Source: a virus | Taxonomy: Duplodnaviria; Heunggongvirae; Uroviricota; Caudoviricetes | Direction: 5' to 3' (one strand) | Length of the DNA stretch: 45,562 bases | IMG/VR virus record: IMGVR_UViG_3300015184_000033 | In this document: one piece after another, positions 45,553-45,562 of the stretch | How positions within the stretch are numbered: the stretch's first letter is position 1 | How the letters are laid out: each line of letters starts with the position of its first letter | Made by a program: the position numbers and the translations under genes | Notes under the pieces: generated by a model | Database searches by the model: none | What the model was told of the DNA's origin: nothing | Seen by the model: only the letters and a program-made list of their open reading frames with translations

Positions 45553-45562
45553 ACGGTAAACA
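45536..45562. repeat. Terminal inverted repeat, right copy (27 bp)
   Basis: Exact reverse complement of positions 1-27. Confidence 0.95.

Noticed and set aside
1-45562. Terminal inverted repeats as hairpin telomeres of an N15-like linear plasmid-prophage (telRL half-sites)
   Set aside because: The repeat matches gix/hix-type crossover sites, a Hin-family invertase is adjacent to one copy, the tail-fibre ORF reads through the other, and no protelomerase-like gene is present
1-45562. CRISPR array or integrase/attachment site
   Set aside because: No regularly spaced direct repeats with unique spacers were seen, and no tyrosine recombinase or large serine integrase ORF is present; the only recombinase is a 184-aa invertase

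Overview
This window reads as a near-complete temperate phage genome of about 45.5 kb, organised like a phage-plasmid rather than an integrating prophage. All calls are from reading the sequence and from remembered protein families; no database search was run. About 32 kb (coordinates 32089 down to 1) is a single minus-strand array: nin-like small genes, a tentative Q-like antiterminator, accessory genes, a lysis cassette (holins, GH108-type endolysin, overlapping spanins), a tRNA with CAU anticodon, an MT-A70 methyltransferase, three ParB-like nuclease domains, then lambda-like packaging and head genes (TerS, TerL, gpW, portal, protease, decoration, gpE-like capsid) and a P2/Mu-like contractile tail (sheath, tube, frameshifted chaperones, tape measure, baseplate X/D/V/W/J/I, tail fibre). 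The right part (34.1-45.5 kb) carries a divergent Cro-like/cI-like (LexA-type S24) immunity switch, a ParF/ParG-like partition pair, an antirepressor module, a HigB/HigA-like toxin-antitoxin pair, an IncFII-type RepA with a downstream AT-rich origin containing a DnaA box, and a Hin/Gin/Cin-family serine invertase. No tyrosine integrase and no lambda O/P-type replication genes were found. The two ends of the window are a 27-bp perfect inverted repeat containing gix/hix-like crossover sites, and the tail-fibre ORF reads through the left copy, so an invertible tail-fibre segment probably lies just outside the window. Most worth follow-up: three near-identical ~100-bp promoter/leader cassettes in front of unrelated genes, a dispersed AT-rich 14-mer clustered at parFG and at several promoters, an ACCAC-N5-GTGGT operator family linking the immunity region, the antirepressor region and repA, and a candidate type-I toxin/antisense-RNA locus at 37.25-37.8 kb.
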